NCBI RefSeq assembly: GCF_009914755.1
Contig: NC_060944.1
Origin: the human T2T-CHM13v2.0 reference genome, Homo sapiens
Strand: one strand, 5' to 3'
Length of the DNA stretch: 64,000 bases
The position numbers and the translations under genes are program-made. This document shows, piece after piece, positions 51,621-64,000 of this stretch (its first letter is position 1; every line of letters begins with the position of its first letter). The notes below the pieces were generated by a model. The model was not told the DNA's origin. It saw only the letters and a list, made by a program, of their open reading frames with translations, and ran no database searches.

Positions 51621-54161
51621 AGCCATTTTAGGATAAAAGAACGTTTCTCAGAACTATCACTGTACACATCTTCCTGTTTCACTGATTCCTCTTCTCTCCT
51701 TTAGTTTTAACCTTTTGTGATAGCTCTTTATGCATCTTCTTCTGGGGTCATTGAAGATGTGTTCTGTCTTACTGGTTTCTGTTACCACTAAGTACGTCTT
51801 ATCTCTAAACAGGTGGTTTGATTTTATGACCACTCAGACAACTCTAAGTAAGATGCAAACATGTGCTACTTTTTCCTACTCTACACACATAAACTTCAAA
51901 CAATTCCCTCTTCTGTCTGCATCTTTCAATAAGGATATAGACTTAGAACGTTTAAAATCGATGGATAACCACTCTTTACTGCAAGAGTGGAATACTATAT
52001 TGGACCATGATTATGGGCAAGATCACCTAAACAGAATGGATAACTTTACACTGTGTGTAAGTACTCACTAGGCACTCTCCTAGTAGTGTCTCTACTTGAT
52101 AGAGAAAAGTATTAGAAGAAAAATGAGCAACTTCATTCTCATGATTTCTAATATGTCATCATAAATATGAGGTCCTTCATTTCTGTTAAGTAGAAAACCA
52201 ATGATGATACTGCTTACAGAAAACCATCTGTCCGTGTTCATCTATATCAACAAACTTCCAGGCAATTTGCATCGGCACAAGCTGTTATTTGTCTTTGCTA
52301 ATGTTTAACAATGTCAGGTGATTCTACTTCTTCCCAGGCAGCATATTCTATAAAATTCTCAATGACAGTTGATACTCTGGAAAGATAGTATTTTTATTCT
52401 TCACAGGGTAGAATATGCATTACAAATTCTGTAATCAGTAAAATACGTGCAATGAAATGGTTTCAATTTCATGTATGAATAATTTTTATGATGGTTATCT
52501 AATAATCTAAAATATTTATATTTCAATTAGTGTTTTACTAATACCTTATTACTTCCTTTTAATCAATCAAAAAGGAGATATTACCTGTCCAAAGGAAGCT
52601 TAGCTATGTATTATGCATTGGAGACTACATTAAGGAATTCACTAGGCAATGAGTTCTAGGTGTTAAAAGGGGTATTAATTTAAAAAAGAATATTAAAGAT
52701 GCGAAATTTTAAACCCTCAAAGACATGTGAATAAAAGATTTAAAGAAGAAAATACTGTGTTGACTGAACAATATTTATTTTTTCCCAAATGTCTAAGCTT
52801 TCAAATCAGGGACTAATCATGAAAAACCACATGACTTATTTTTAAATTAAAAACCATATTGAAATGTATTTTTCTGGTTGAAGAGAGTTTTATTCTAAAA
52901 AGAAAAAATGTCTCTGAAGCAAAAAAAAAAGAGAAAACATATGCTCTTATGTTTGCTCAAGCAGAATTTACCTCTGCAACTCATATAATTGGTGCTATAA
53001 TTATGTACAGATATATTTTGATACTTCAAAGAATCTATAAAATTCCCTAAATGAAAATTATTTTAGATTAAACATGATATTAATGATCAAGACAGCTTTT
53101 TTTGTTTATAAGCAAGTTAGATTATATTGCTTATGAAAGTTTTTTTGTATTTTTATTCCATGGATCATGCAAAAAATCATACTAGACAATGAAAGGATAT
53201 CGTGTTTTCTCCTTTTTGCCTTATTACCATTTTTTTTCTGCGCTTAGTTCTGCCTTTGCTATATAGTGTGGAAATATAAAGAATTACAAGAAATGCTCAG
53301 ATGTCTTTTTCAAACCTCCAGGTTGCCAATATATTCACTTCATCACTCTCATCTGATTCCCACACATTCCTCTATGATCCTACAGAGCAGTATGTTTGTT
53401 GTAAAATCTAACAGACCACCCAACTATGGTTTGCAACATCAAACCGTCATGTTTCTTGTACACAATATATTAGAAAATTGGGTTTTTACGTATCAGAGTA
53501 GAAATATATTTCATACATATTTGAGGCATACTGTTATATTCTTAAGGAAATAATATTTAATTGAACCCACATGATTTTTACTATGATGTAATTACTCACT
53601 GACCACCAAGTCTACAGCCAGCCTCTACCAGAATCAAGATACACATAGGTAAATTATTTTGAATATCTTTTGAAATCTGGGGTGCTCAATTTGATCCATG
53701 CATATTACCTTAATTAGTATACATCTATTGGTCATTGCCATACTTTTTAAAATGAGATATAAAATTATACAATTATCTGTAAGTTCTCTACAACATCTTT
53801 TCCTAGCAGCATTTTACAGCAGACAGAGGAGGCTGCCAGTAGGTAGACAAAACAAAAAATAGAAACACTTCTTCCTAAGCATACTTTTTTTCACATGTCA
53901 TAACGTGAATCTACTATCATTTTTTATTTTTACTTTTGTATTCTGAAAAAATGTTAAAATTGGTTATTACCACTGTCTCTCTGTTCTTTCCTAATAATGT
54001 CTTTTTCCTCTATTGTCAGCATTTTAAAAAACATTCTTGATCTCTAACACCTTTCTAGAAAATTCTGCTGACAAATTAAGTGGCAGCTTAGAACAAGAGG
54101 AGATTTAAAGAATTATTGTTGATAATGAAAACAATGAAATACGTATTTGGCATGGGCTTGT

Positions 54162-55164
54162 TGCACGTTGACAATATATCATTGCATAAATGTTTGAAAT
54201 ATTTTTCCTTTATGAAATAATTGTCATCAAGATCGAAGCTATTGAATATATTTGCTGTATAGCATTTTGTATAAAATAGATTTATATTGCTTTGAGCTGA
54301 ACAGATATTTTCAATGAAATTGTCCTTGGCCAGCGATGTTATGTCCATCTAATACCTTATCTCTTTCCTCTTCTCTTTCCCCAACTCACATGCAACTGAA
54401 AGATGCTAGAAGTTAACAGTTCTGGTAAAGTAGTCTTCTAAAATCCTTTTTCATTTATGTCTAGAGAAAAAAAGGTACCAAAATTCAGGACAGATTTTTC
54501 TTCAAGGTATCAAGAGTAGACCATATATATTTTTTCAATAAATTTATAAAGCTATATTTTAGAAATCAAAAAAGAAATATTTGCATTAAAACCATTATTC
54601 CCTTAAATTTTTAGAGGATTCTGTTTGACTTTGGCGTGAATAAAGTCCATTCTCTTATTTGCAGTGCTATTAGATATGAGGAGTTTTAGCAGAGATCCTG
54701 GAACAACTGCTGCCTATCAGGGTGTGAAATCAATGAGATGGATTCCAGTAGAAACTATTTACTTTGCTATATCTCCTCAATATATGTATATACAAACAAG
54801 ATCTTTGACACTGGCTTGAAATCCACAGCAAGAGGTACACCAGGAAGCATCAAAAACTATTAAGTATATACAAAAATAGTTGAATGCATACCTCAGTTAG
54901 CAATGTTAACAGGGTTTGTGTCCCACAACCATTAGATTTTGCTACCCACAATTATCAGACCAAATTAAAGTAATATGAGCACAACATCTCCACTCAAGGA
55001 CAGTATCATTGCAAATTTCTGCTCATTTCAAAGCAATATAAATATGTTTTATACAAAATGGCACATAGTAAATGTATTTGATAGCTTAAATCTTGATGCC
55101 AATTACTTCATAAAGGAGCAAATATTGTCAAATATTTATGTAATGATGTATCATTAGCATGCAG
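54162..55164. repeat. Long inverted repeat: ~190-bp arms (54162-54349, 54974-55164) with ~625-bp spacer
   Basis: The arms align as reverse complements; ORFs 54088-54348(-) and 54975-55157(+) translate to similar strings (QSNINLFYTK/QSNINMFYTK; NYFIKE). Confidence 0.88.
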
Positions 55165-55201
55165 TTTGTGTTCCTTTAACATAGTAAATGCTTTCTTCTG
55201 A

Positions 55202-55597
<396 letters not shown>

Positions 55598-56519
55598 TAG
55601 AACCTCTTTTGTGCAAGCCAGACATTGTCCTAAGCATTTTAGAGACACAATCTCATGTATGTGTTTGAAAAATTATCCCTATGAAACTAATGTTTCTAAA
55701 CTGTGAAAGATACCTCATTTGCTCCTTTAAATTCATGTGCCACTTTTTCCCATTACCTTTTTTAACATACATTACGTCTTCTGGGTCCTTTGACTTATAA
55801 ATGGCCTCAGCTCATGGTGAACCCTTAACAGGAGCTGCGAAGGATGAAGAGTTAGACCAGCATGCTAATTCATCTTGCTTCTTCCCTGTAAGTAGCTACA
55901 TCTTTAACCACTGATTCGAACAAAGCACAGACTGTACAGGATGTTTTACTCCTGATTTTGAGTAATGCACCTTCTCCTTCAGATGTCCTTGTGGTAAGGA
56001 AATGGCTGCTAGGAAGTGACAGATTACTTCGCTATCCTTTCTGGTATCTCTACCCCAACCCTAATCCATCCACTTGTAAATTAACCCTTCAGGAATTATA
56101 CTAGTCTCCGTGTTCTATGTGCACTGCTTATGAACTGACATCTGTATAAACTATTGAGAATTCGAGAAGCTTAACTCAAACATTGTTTGAACATCTTATG
56201 GAAATAGAGGGTGTGTCTCCACATTTCTCCACATGAATATTAAGAGTGTTGATTTTTACTATGTTGATTTTTAGCTTCTGTAAAGGTAATTTTTATTTTT
56301 ATACTTATTTTTATTTATCATATGACTATTAATTGCTCCCAGGTAATGTGGACTAAAAGGGCTTTCTTAGTTTACACACACTCATGCACACACATACACA
56401 GATATGTATGCACACACGTGAGACATTTGCAATTGTAAAACCTACTACGGAGTAAAAAGGAAAGGGCATAGGCAAAATGCCATGGCTTGCCTACAACTAC
56501 AATTTGGATATTAGGTATT

Positions 56520-58995
56520 TATCTTTTGTTCTTTCTTCATAGAACTGCTTTGACTGCTCAGGCTTTTAGGGGCTCCAAATGAATTTTAGAATAGTTTTTT
56601 TTTTTCTAATTCTGTGGAAAATGGTATGCATAGTTTCGTAGGGATAGCATTGCATGTGTAGATTGCTTTGGACAGTATGGTCATTTTAACAATATTGATT
56701 CTTCCAATTCATGAGCATGGAATAATTTTGCATTTGTGTCATCTATGAGTTCCTTTACCAGTGTTTTATAGTTTTCTTCTTAGAGATCTTTTGCCTCCTT
56801 GGTTAGATGTATTTCTAGGTATTTTAATTTTTGTAACTATTTTAAATGAGATTATGTTATTGTTTTCAATCTTAGCTTGAACGTTATTGGGGTACACAAA
56901 TGTGACTGATTTTTGTACATTGGATTTGTATCCTGAAGCTTTCCTGAAATAATTTATCAGTTCCGGGAGCCTTTCGTAGGAGTCTTTAGGTGTGGGATAA
57001 TATCAGGTGAAGAGAGATAGTTTGACTTCTTTTTCTATTTGGATGTCCTTTTTTTTTTTCTCTTGCTGATTCCTCTGGCTAGCACTTTCCAATCTATGTT
57101 GAATAGGAGCAGTGAGAGTGGCCATCCATATTTTGTTCCAGCTCTTAAGGGAATGCTTCCAGTTTTTGCCTGTTCAGTATGATGTCAGTCATGGGTTTGT
57201 CATAGATGGCTGTTATTAGGGAGCATGTTCCTTTAATATCTAGTGTCTTGAGAATTTTTATCATGAACAGATGTTGGATTTTGTTGAAATATTTTCTGCA
57301 TCTCTTGAGATGGTCATATGTTTTTTTGTTTTAAATTCTGTTTATGTGGTAAATCACATTTATTAAATCCCACATGTTGAACCAACCTTGCATCCCAGGA
57401 ATGAAGCCTACTTGATCTTGGTGAATTAACTGATGTGCTATTGAATTTGGTTTCCTAGTAATTTGTTGAAGATTTTTGCATCTCTATTAATCAGAGATAT
57501 TGGCCTGTAGTTTTCTTCATTGTTGTGTCTTTGCCAGGCATTGGTATTAGAGTGATGCTGGCTTTGTAAAATGACTTGTGGGGGAGTCCTTTCTTCTTAA
57601 TTTTTTGAAATAATTTCAGTAGAATTTGTAACAACTCTTCTACATACGTCTGGTAGAATTTGGCTGTGAATCCAGTTGGTCCAGAGTTGTTTTGATTAGT
57701 AGTTTTTTTTTTTTTTAATCACTGATTCAATTTCAGAACTCAATATTGGTCTGTTCAGTGTTTCAATATCTTTCCCATTCAATCCTGGAAGATTGCATGT
57801 TCTCAGGAATTTATTTCTTCTAGATTTTCTAGTTTGTGTGCATAGAGGTGCTTATAATAGTTTCTGAGGATCTTGTATTTCTGTGTGATTGGTTGTAATG
57901 TCACCTCTCATTTCTGTTTGTGCATAATTAGACCTTCCCTCTGTTCTGTTCATCTAGCTAGTGGTCTAACAATCCTGCTTATATTTTCAAAAAATAAACT
58001 TTTGGTTTTGTTAATTTTTTGTATGGGTTTTGGGGTCTCAATTTCATTCAACTCCACAATGATTTTAGTTACTACTTCTCTTCTGCTAGCTTTGGAGTTA
58101 GCTTGTTATTCTTTTTCTAGTTCCTCTAGATGTGATGTTAGATCATTAGTTTGCAATCTTCCTAAATTTTTGAGGTAGGTGTTTAGCTATAAACTTTCCT
58201 CTTCACACTGCTTTCATCATATCCCAGAAATTTTAATATGTTTTGTCTCTCTTCACTTATTTCAAAGAATATTTTTCACTTCTGCCTATATTTTGTTGTT
58301 TGCCTGAAAGTTATTCAGGGGCAAGTTGTTTAATTTCCTTGCAACTTTGTGATTTTAAGGTATCTTCTTGGCATTGATTTATATTTTTTCCTCTGTGTTC
58401 TGAGAATGTGGTTGGTATGATTTCTATTTTTTTTTTGGTTTATTGAGACTTGCTTTATGGCTGAGCATGTGGTCCATCTTGAAATATGTTCTATATACAG
58501 ATGAGAAAAATGTGTACTTTGTCGTTGATGAATGGAAAATTCTTTAGATGTCTGTTAGGTCCAGCTACCAAATGTCAAGCTTAAGTCCAGAATTTCTTTG
58601 TTAATTTTCTGCCTTGATGATTTGTCTAATACTGTTGGTGAGTTGTTGAAGTTCCCCACAATTACTGTGTGGGCTGTCTAGGGCTCCTTGTAGATCTAGA
58701 AGTATGTGTTTTATGAATATGGGTGCTCCAATATTGGGTGCAAATATAATTAAGACAGCTTAGTCTTCTTGTTGAATTGAACCCTTTATCATTATGTAAT
58801 GCCTTTCTTTGCTCTTTTTTACTGTTATTGGTTTGAAGTCTGTTTTTTCTGATGTAGGATTAGTGACTCCTGCACTTTTATATTTTCCATGTGTGTGGTA
58901 GATCTTTCTCCAACCCTTTACTTAGAGCTTATGGATGCCATTACATGTGAGATGGGTCTCTTGAAGACATCAGATAGATGGGTCTTGGTTTTTAT
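56520..58995 (-). mobile_element. L1PB/L1MA-age ORF2 fragment
   Basis: Antisense ORF2 motifs (atgttgaaccaaccttgcatcccaggaatgaagcctacttgatc; gtctggtagaatttggctgtgaatcc). Confidence 0.85.
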
Positions 58996-59168
58996 TTTTT
59001 TAATGTTGATCATATTTTAGAAAGGTATTGAGAAAAGTTGTCTTTCTGATAAATGTCATACTTTAGTAAGTAACAACTTGAGATTCACATCACAGAATTT
59101 GCCTTAGAGGTTGAGCAATAATAGCTTTTTGTTGACTAGGCTTGTAGCTTCTCTAAAATTTCAGAATC

Positions 59169-59470
59169 TGGCCGGGCGTGATGACTCATGCCTGTAATCC
59201 CAGCATTTTGGGAGGGCGAGGCAGGTGGATCACGAGGTCAGGAGATCGAGACCATGCTGGCTAACTCGGTGAAACCCTGTCTCTACTAAAAACACACAAA
59301 AAAATTAGCCGGGCATGGTGGCGGGCACCTGCAGTCCCAGCTACTCAGGAGGCTGGGGCAGGAGAATGGCGTGAACCTGGGAAGCGGAGCTTGCAGTGAG
59401 CTGAGACTGCACCACTGCACTCCAGCCTGGGCGACAGAGCGAGACTCCATCTCAGAAAAAAAAAAAAAAA
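59169..59470 (+). mobile_element. AluY-like
   Basis: Dimeric Alu with agaatggcgtgaacc and A-tail. Confidence 0.92.
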
Positions 59471-62400
59471 TTATCTCTCAAAAAAGTTGTATATGAAACT
59501 TTTTTTTATGTTTTACTAATATGAAGATGCATAGCATATAACGGACAAGTAATAAAATATTAGTTCCCTTTTCAGGGGGAGTTTTTGTTAATTTTTGCCA
59601 AACTCTTAAATCCATAGATAACTGACTGCAATTAGCAAATAAATAGAGTTTCAATATGAATATTGGTTACTATTTTTATATACGTTAGTGGTTAAAGTGA
59701 AATTAAAACCTTTACTTGTTCACCAATGATACACTCTTCTGAGAATCATAATTTTTTAATACAAGGATAATATGTCTGTGTATGTTGGGGCAGTTCATAA
59801 TGTAATGGTTACAGACATAATTTAAAAAAAATTTGCATTATTAACATACTTTTATTCATTCTTTATTTTTACTTTTATTAATTATTTTTATTCTACACAA
59901 TTAACAAAATACTAAATCGAACCCTGATACGCGGTGTTAATTTTCATGCTGTAAATACTCTCTTCATGACTGAATTACAAGCTACAACCTGAGGCCATTA
60001 ATAGGAAGTTGGAGAGATGCACATTAGCTTGCCATTATATAGTGTTGCCACGATACAAACATCATCTATGTAAATATTTTTGGTAGCATAAATCACAGCA
60101 AAATATAGCGAAATACTTAGGAAATGATGAATTTAAGTAATTTGTTTTCCTTATTTTTAATATAATTTAATTATAAATTAAAAAGTTTATTTTTAATAAT
60201 TTCTGTGTCTAAAAAGGACCTCAGAATATTTCTAAAAATTTAATAGTTGGATCTCATGAGTTGATATGAGATAGCTCTCAAACACAATTGTGTATAACTA
60301 AAAAGTCTAGAATTATAGCTAGTTTTAGAGTCAGGAAATAAAATGAAGTGGTCAGAATTTTAATTCTCTCATCTAGGGAATAGCTAGGATTTAATTTTAC
60401 ATCTAGATTGGGTCACATGTTCATATCTGGACAAATTAATTACAACCATCCAGTTAGAATACACTAGTCAGAACTGGGTCATGGACAACTTCTAGAATTT
60501 GCAGATTTATCAGGTTCACCTAAACCACATTGATTCAAACTTAAAAACATTATTCCATCAAAGAAAATTGGCAAAAAGAACTGCTAAACATTTATTGCAT
60601 ACTCTTTCCAAAAATATACACCTACAGTATAAAATACTAACTAGTAATGAGAATATGTTTATTGAAAATTTACTATATTTCAAACACTGTGCTAAAAACT
60701 TTTACATATTATCTCATTAGATAAAATAAGACTATCATTAATATTATTTATCTTCATTTTAAATATGAGTAAGTCTCTAGTTATATTTTTCTATTTAAGA
60801 TCATATATGGAAAGTATTAGGATGGTGCAAAAGCAATTGTGGTTTTGCCACTAAAAGCAATGGCAAATTACTTTTAGTTTGTCATAGTAGATTGTAATAT
60901 GTGTTAAAATCTGTATTCCAATCTTGACTCCAAAACTTACATTTTTACATATAGAATGCAACACACTTAGTGAACCCCACATTCTCATCATTAAGAGTCC
61001 ATTCACTTTTGTTCATGGCACTCTTGATCATAGTGTCATAGAATATTTTAGCTGCAGAAGAAAGCTACCCATTGCCTAGAACATGAAAATAAGTGAGAGG
61101 TACTATGAATCTAGGATAAAAACAGTAGAACATGGTTCTAATGTATGAAGAATGTCTTCTTTAGGAGATCAATAAATAGTAAGTTGATTAGACAAAAACA
61201 TGTGATTGACTAAGTTTGAATAATGAAAAAAAGAGAAGACTAGAGTGGCAAGTAATAAGCCGAAGCTGGGGACACATGAAAAATTAGTAGAAAAAAACTT
61301 ATCGAAAGAAAAAGTTGCAAATGCCTTTATTTTTGTTTATTTTAGGTCTATATGGCTTGATTAAGCTTTTCTTCCCAAATCCATATATTCCAGGTAGATA
61401 CAGTGAACTTCATTAGATTTGCTTCCAATAGTTTGTAGTCATTGTTTAATTGGGGAATTTACTGCTACTCCAAATATCATATGGAATCCCAGTCATCTCT
61501 TAATGTCTTTTTTAAAAATGAATTTGCCAATATTTTATAGGTAATACAAGGCCAGAATAGTAAAATGATCCAATAAAGGCAAGCTAACTAATCAATTAAT
61601 CTGAAAATAAAATTGTCACCTGAAATTCTACTATGTAGGGGTCATTGCTGTTAAAACATTAGGGCCCTCCACTATTGTGGGGCCAATTGAGTTCTATACA
61701 CTTTCTGATATTCTCAACTGTGTCACTATAACTTGTATCCCTTGTCCCGAACACCAAGTCTTTTTCTTATTCTTCTACTCTCTCTAATTCTTAAAATTAG
61801 ACCCAACATTGTCTGAAGGAAGAACTTGGGGCTGGGAATTAGGATCTTATCAATGAAAATGAAGTAATCTAAAGGTCACTGGATATCTTTAGATATTTAT
61901 TTACATAGATGAAATATGGCTAGCAACATAGTTAGAAGCATAAGATATTGTGAACAGAAAATAAGAAGATGAAATTATCTCAAATAGGAAGTATAAAAAA
62001 AATCAAGGACATCGGAAGTGAGCCTGGGGGAGCAAAGTTTACTCTATCTTTTAAATAATAATTTTCTTTATTTCTTTTAATAATACATTCTTTAGAAATC
62101 ATAAGGCTAGGTATTAAAACTTGTGATACCAGTGTGCTCAAATTATGTCTACCATTGGAGATTCTCACTTTTATTTTTTGAATTTATATTTTAGAAAAAA
62201 TTACCTGTCCCTGTTTAAATGTATATTCATCCCAATATAAAATACATAAATAAAATGATATAGACTCAATACTTTAAAAAAAACTTAAATTCTAACATTC
62301 TGTAGTTCTTCCACATCTCATTTGTAAAACAAGTAACTGATTTTTAAATTAATGCCCTATAAATAGGTTAAATTTATTTTTAAATTTGCCCTCCAGAGAA

Positions 62401-64000
62401 AAGGGTTGTAGCATTTTATTTTTAACACACAAAATCAATCTAGATATTGAAAAAACCTTGTCATTGGCAGATATTCTAACAGATGATCTAACCACTGATT
62501 TTTGCCTATGATTTATGGCAATTTTTTATTTGAATCTGTAGGATGTAAATACTTTTTACGCTGAACAAGTCACCAAACAGTACAAGACTTTAAGCTAAAA
62601 GTAGCTAGGAAATACATAGGGAATCTTAAGGTGTTTGAAACAAAGATTTTACGACGCTTATCGTCTGCTGAAAGAAAAAAAATCGTTTCTTCATTTCTGA
62701 TAATGTCAGAATAGATAGGCCATTGTTGCACACATAACTGAGTCTGACTGTAAGAATGAATTATCCCAAGTGAAATCCTCTAAATGCTTACTTAACGCTA
62801 TAGGATGAAAAATTGCAAGCAAGAAAAGTTGAAAAGCAAGCCTTGGGGGAAGGAAGAGAGTATCAACATCACAATGAAATCTGCATTTGGCATTTTAAGT
62901 AGGATCCTGTAGCAGGATGTAGAGGAGCCTGCTGTGTTTAAAAATGATCTTTTGCCCTTGTGTGTATATGTTTCAGCATTGAAATAATCAGTCCTCTTTC
63001 AAATATAATTTGATAGCATAATTAAAGTACCCCACTAGCACAACTTTTGAAGCTAAACTTTTCCTTTTTCTTGTGCACTTAGAAATTTTTTCACTTGTAT
63101 TTGATAGCCCAGACCAATTGACTTAGAATTCCCTGCTTGATATTGTAAAGAATTTACTTCTATTTATGTCTTCTAACACATAAAATGTTCTAAACTTTCA
63201 CCTCTAGTTATGGTAGCATGTAGGCAATGAAGCCTAACAGGACATCTGACTAAACTAGATGTGACATGTTAGTATCACAATACATCAAATTTGATATAAT
63301 GCCCTTTTTTCACTTTACATTATAAAATATGATTTTGCTTTTTCGTACTTTTTGCTTTTCTTTTTAGATTCAGTAATATATAAAAATATCAAGTCTTAAA
63401 ATTTAGTGAACCCAAGACCTAACGCCTTGAAGTAATTAACAAATAAGACACCATGTCTTTGCCTGTGCATATGCATTTAAACATATTTATTAATACAGTC
63501 ATGTTGGAGGGCGTGATTTACACAGCATCTTTTAGATATTCAGAGGTTACTTTGGAGCAGCCTATACTTTTGACCTTTAGCAATGTTCTTGCAAACCAGT
63601 CATTCAATTCTACTGGAATGAGATTAAAACAATCCAAGTATGGCTGGTATTCATATGCTTCTCCTTGTTTCCCTCTCCCCTCCCACCACTCCAAGGCTCT
63701 GGTAAAGACATTTTTGTTTTTGTTCTCCAGTCTCCTTATATAGGTCTAATCTATTACTCTTTATTCAACAATGTGTGTATATTGTAGTGACTAATTTCTT
63801 ATTAATTCCTCTACCGAGACTCTTCTGCAAAATTCTTGAGAAAATGAATTCATTAATTCTTCTTAAATTCTGGTTGCCGTTTATGGTTGGCCCTTAGATT
63901 TTGGGATTCAAGTCTACCATTCACAGCCTAGAGAGACAAACATGATAGCAGTTGTTTTCTTTTGGATAAAGGAGTTAAGATTTCTTCCATATAAACAGTT

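Noticed and set aside
54088-55157. Two similar small ORFs as paralogous genes
   Set aside because: Their similarity follows from the DNA inverted repeat; the frames diverge and there are no splice or domain cues.
59500-64000. Possible exons in the AT-rich tail
   Set aside because: No ORF or splice pattern I can support; short exons cannot be excluded by eye.

Overview
Primate (almost certainly human) genomic DNA that reads as a mosaic of segmental duplications. About 4.3-32.9 kb is a very Alu-dense, unprocessed partial copy of NCOR1 on the minus strand. It keeps only the ATG-bearing exon (15639-15816) and the exon encoding the GPS2-binding coiled coil (5209-5391). Spliced together and read through the next donor, these give an intact 102-aa ORF matching, from memory, NCOR1P1/C20orf191 (chr20p11.1). 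The two exons between them and the NCOR1 CpG-island first exon are not visible. At 35.5-39.2 kb lies a GC-rich REP522-like module with a ~44-bp C-rich minisatellite, a ~650-bp imperfect palindrome and a 1.2-kb purine-rich repeat. The palindrome's core is a mirror-symmetric promoter (3+3 CCAAT boxes, octamer, TATA), and a strong minus-strand splice donor beside it faces the orphan NCOR1 exons, suggesting promoter capture. Other notable items are a twin-primed L1 with a very large internal gap, a TSD-less L1 with a double poly(A) tail, a MER85 lacking its CSB-PGBD3 palindrome, a pristine AluY, and a ~190-bp inverted repeat at 54-55 kb. The rest (39-64 kb) is AT-rich, with old L1/L2/MaLR relics and no supportable gene. 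Repeat family names and boundaries are by eye and approximate.
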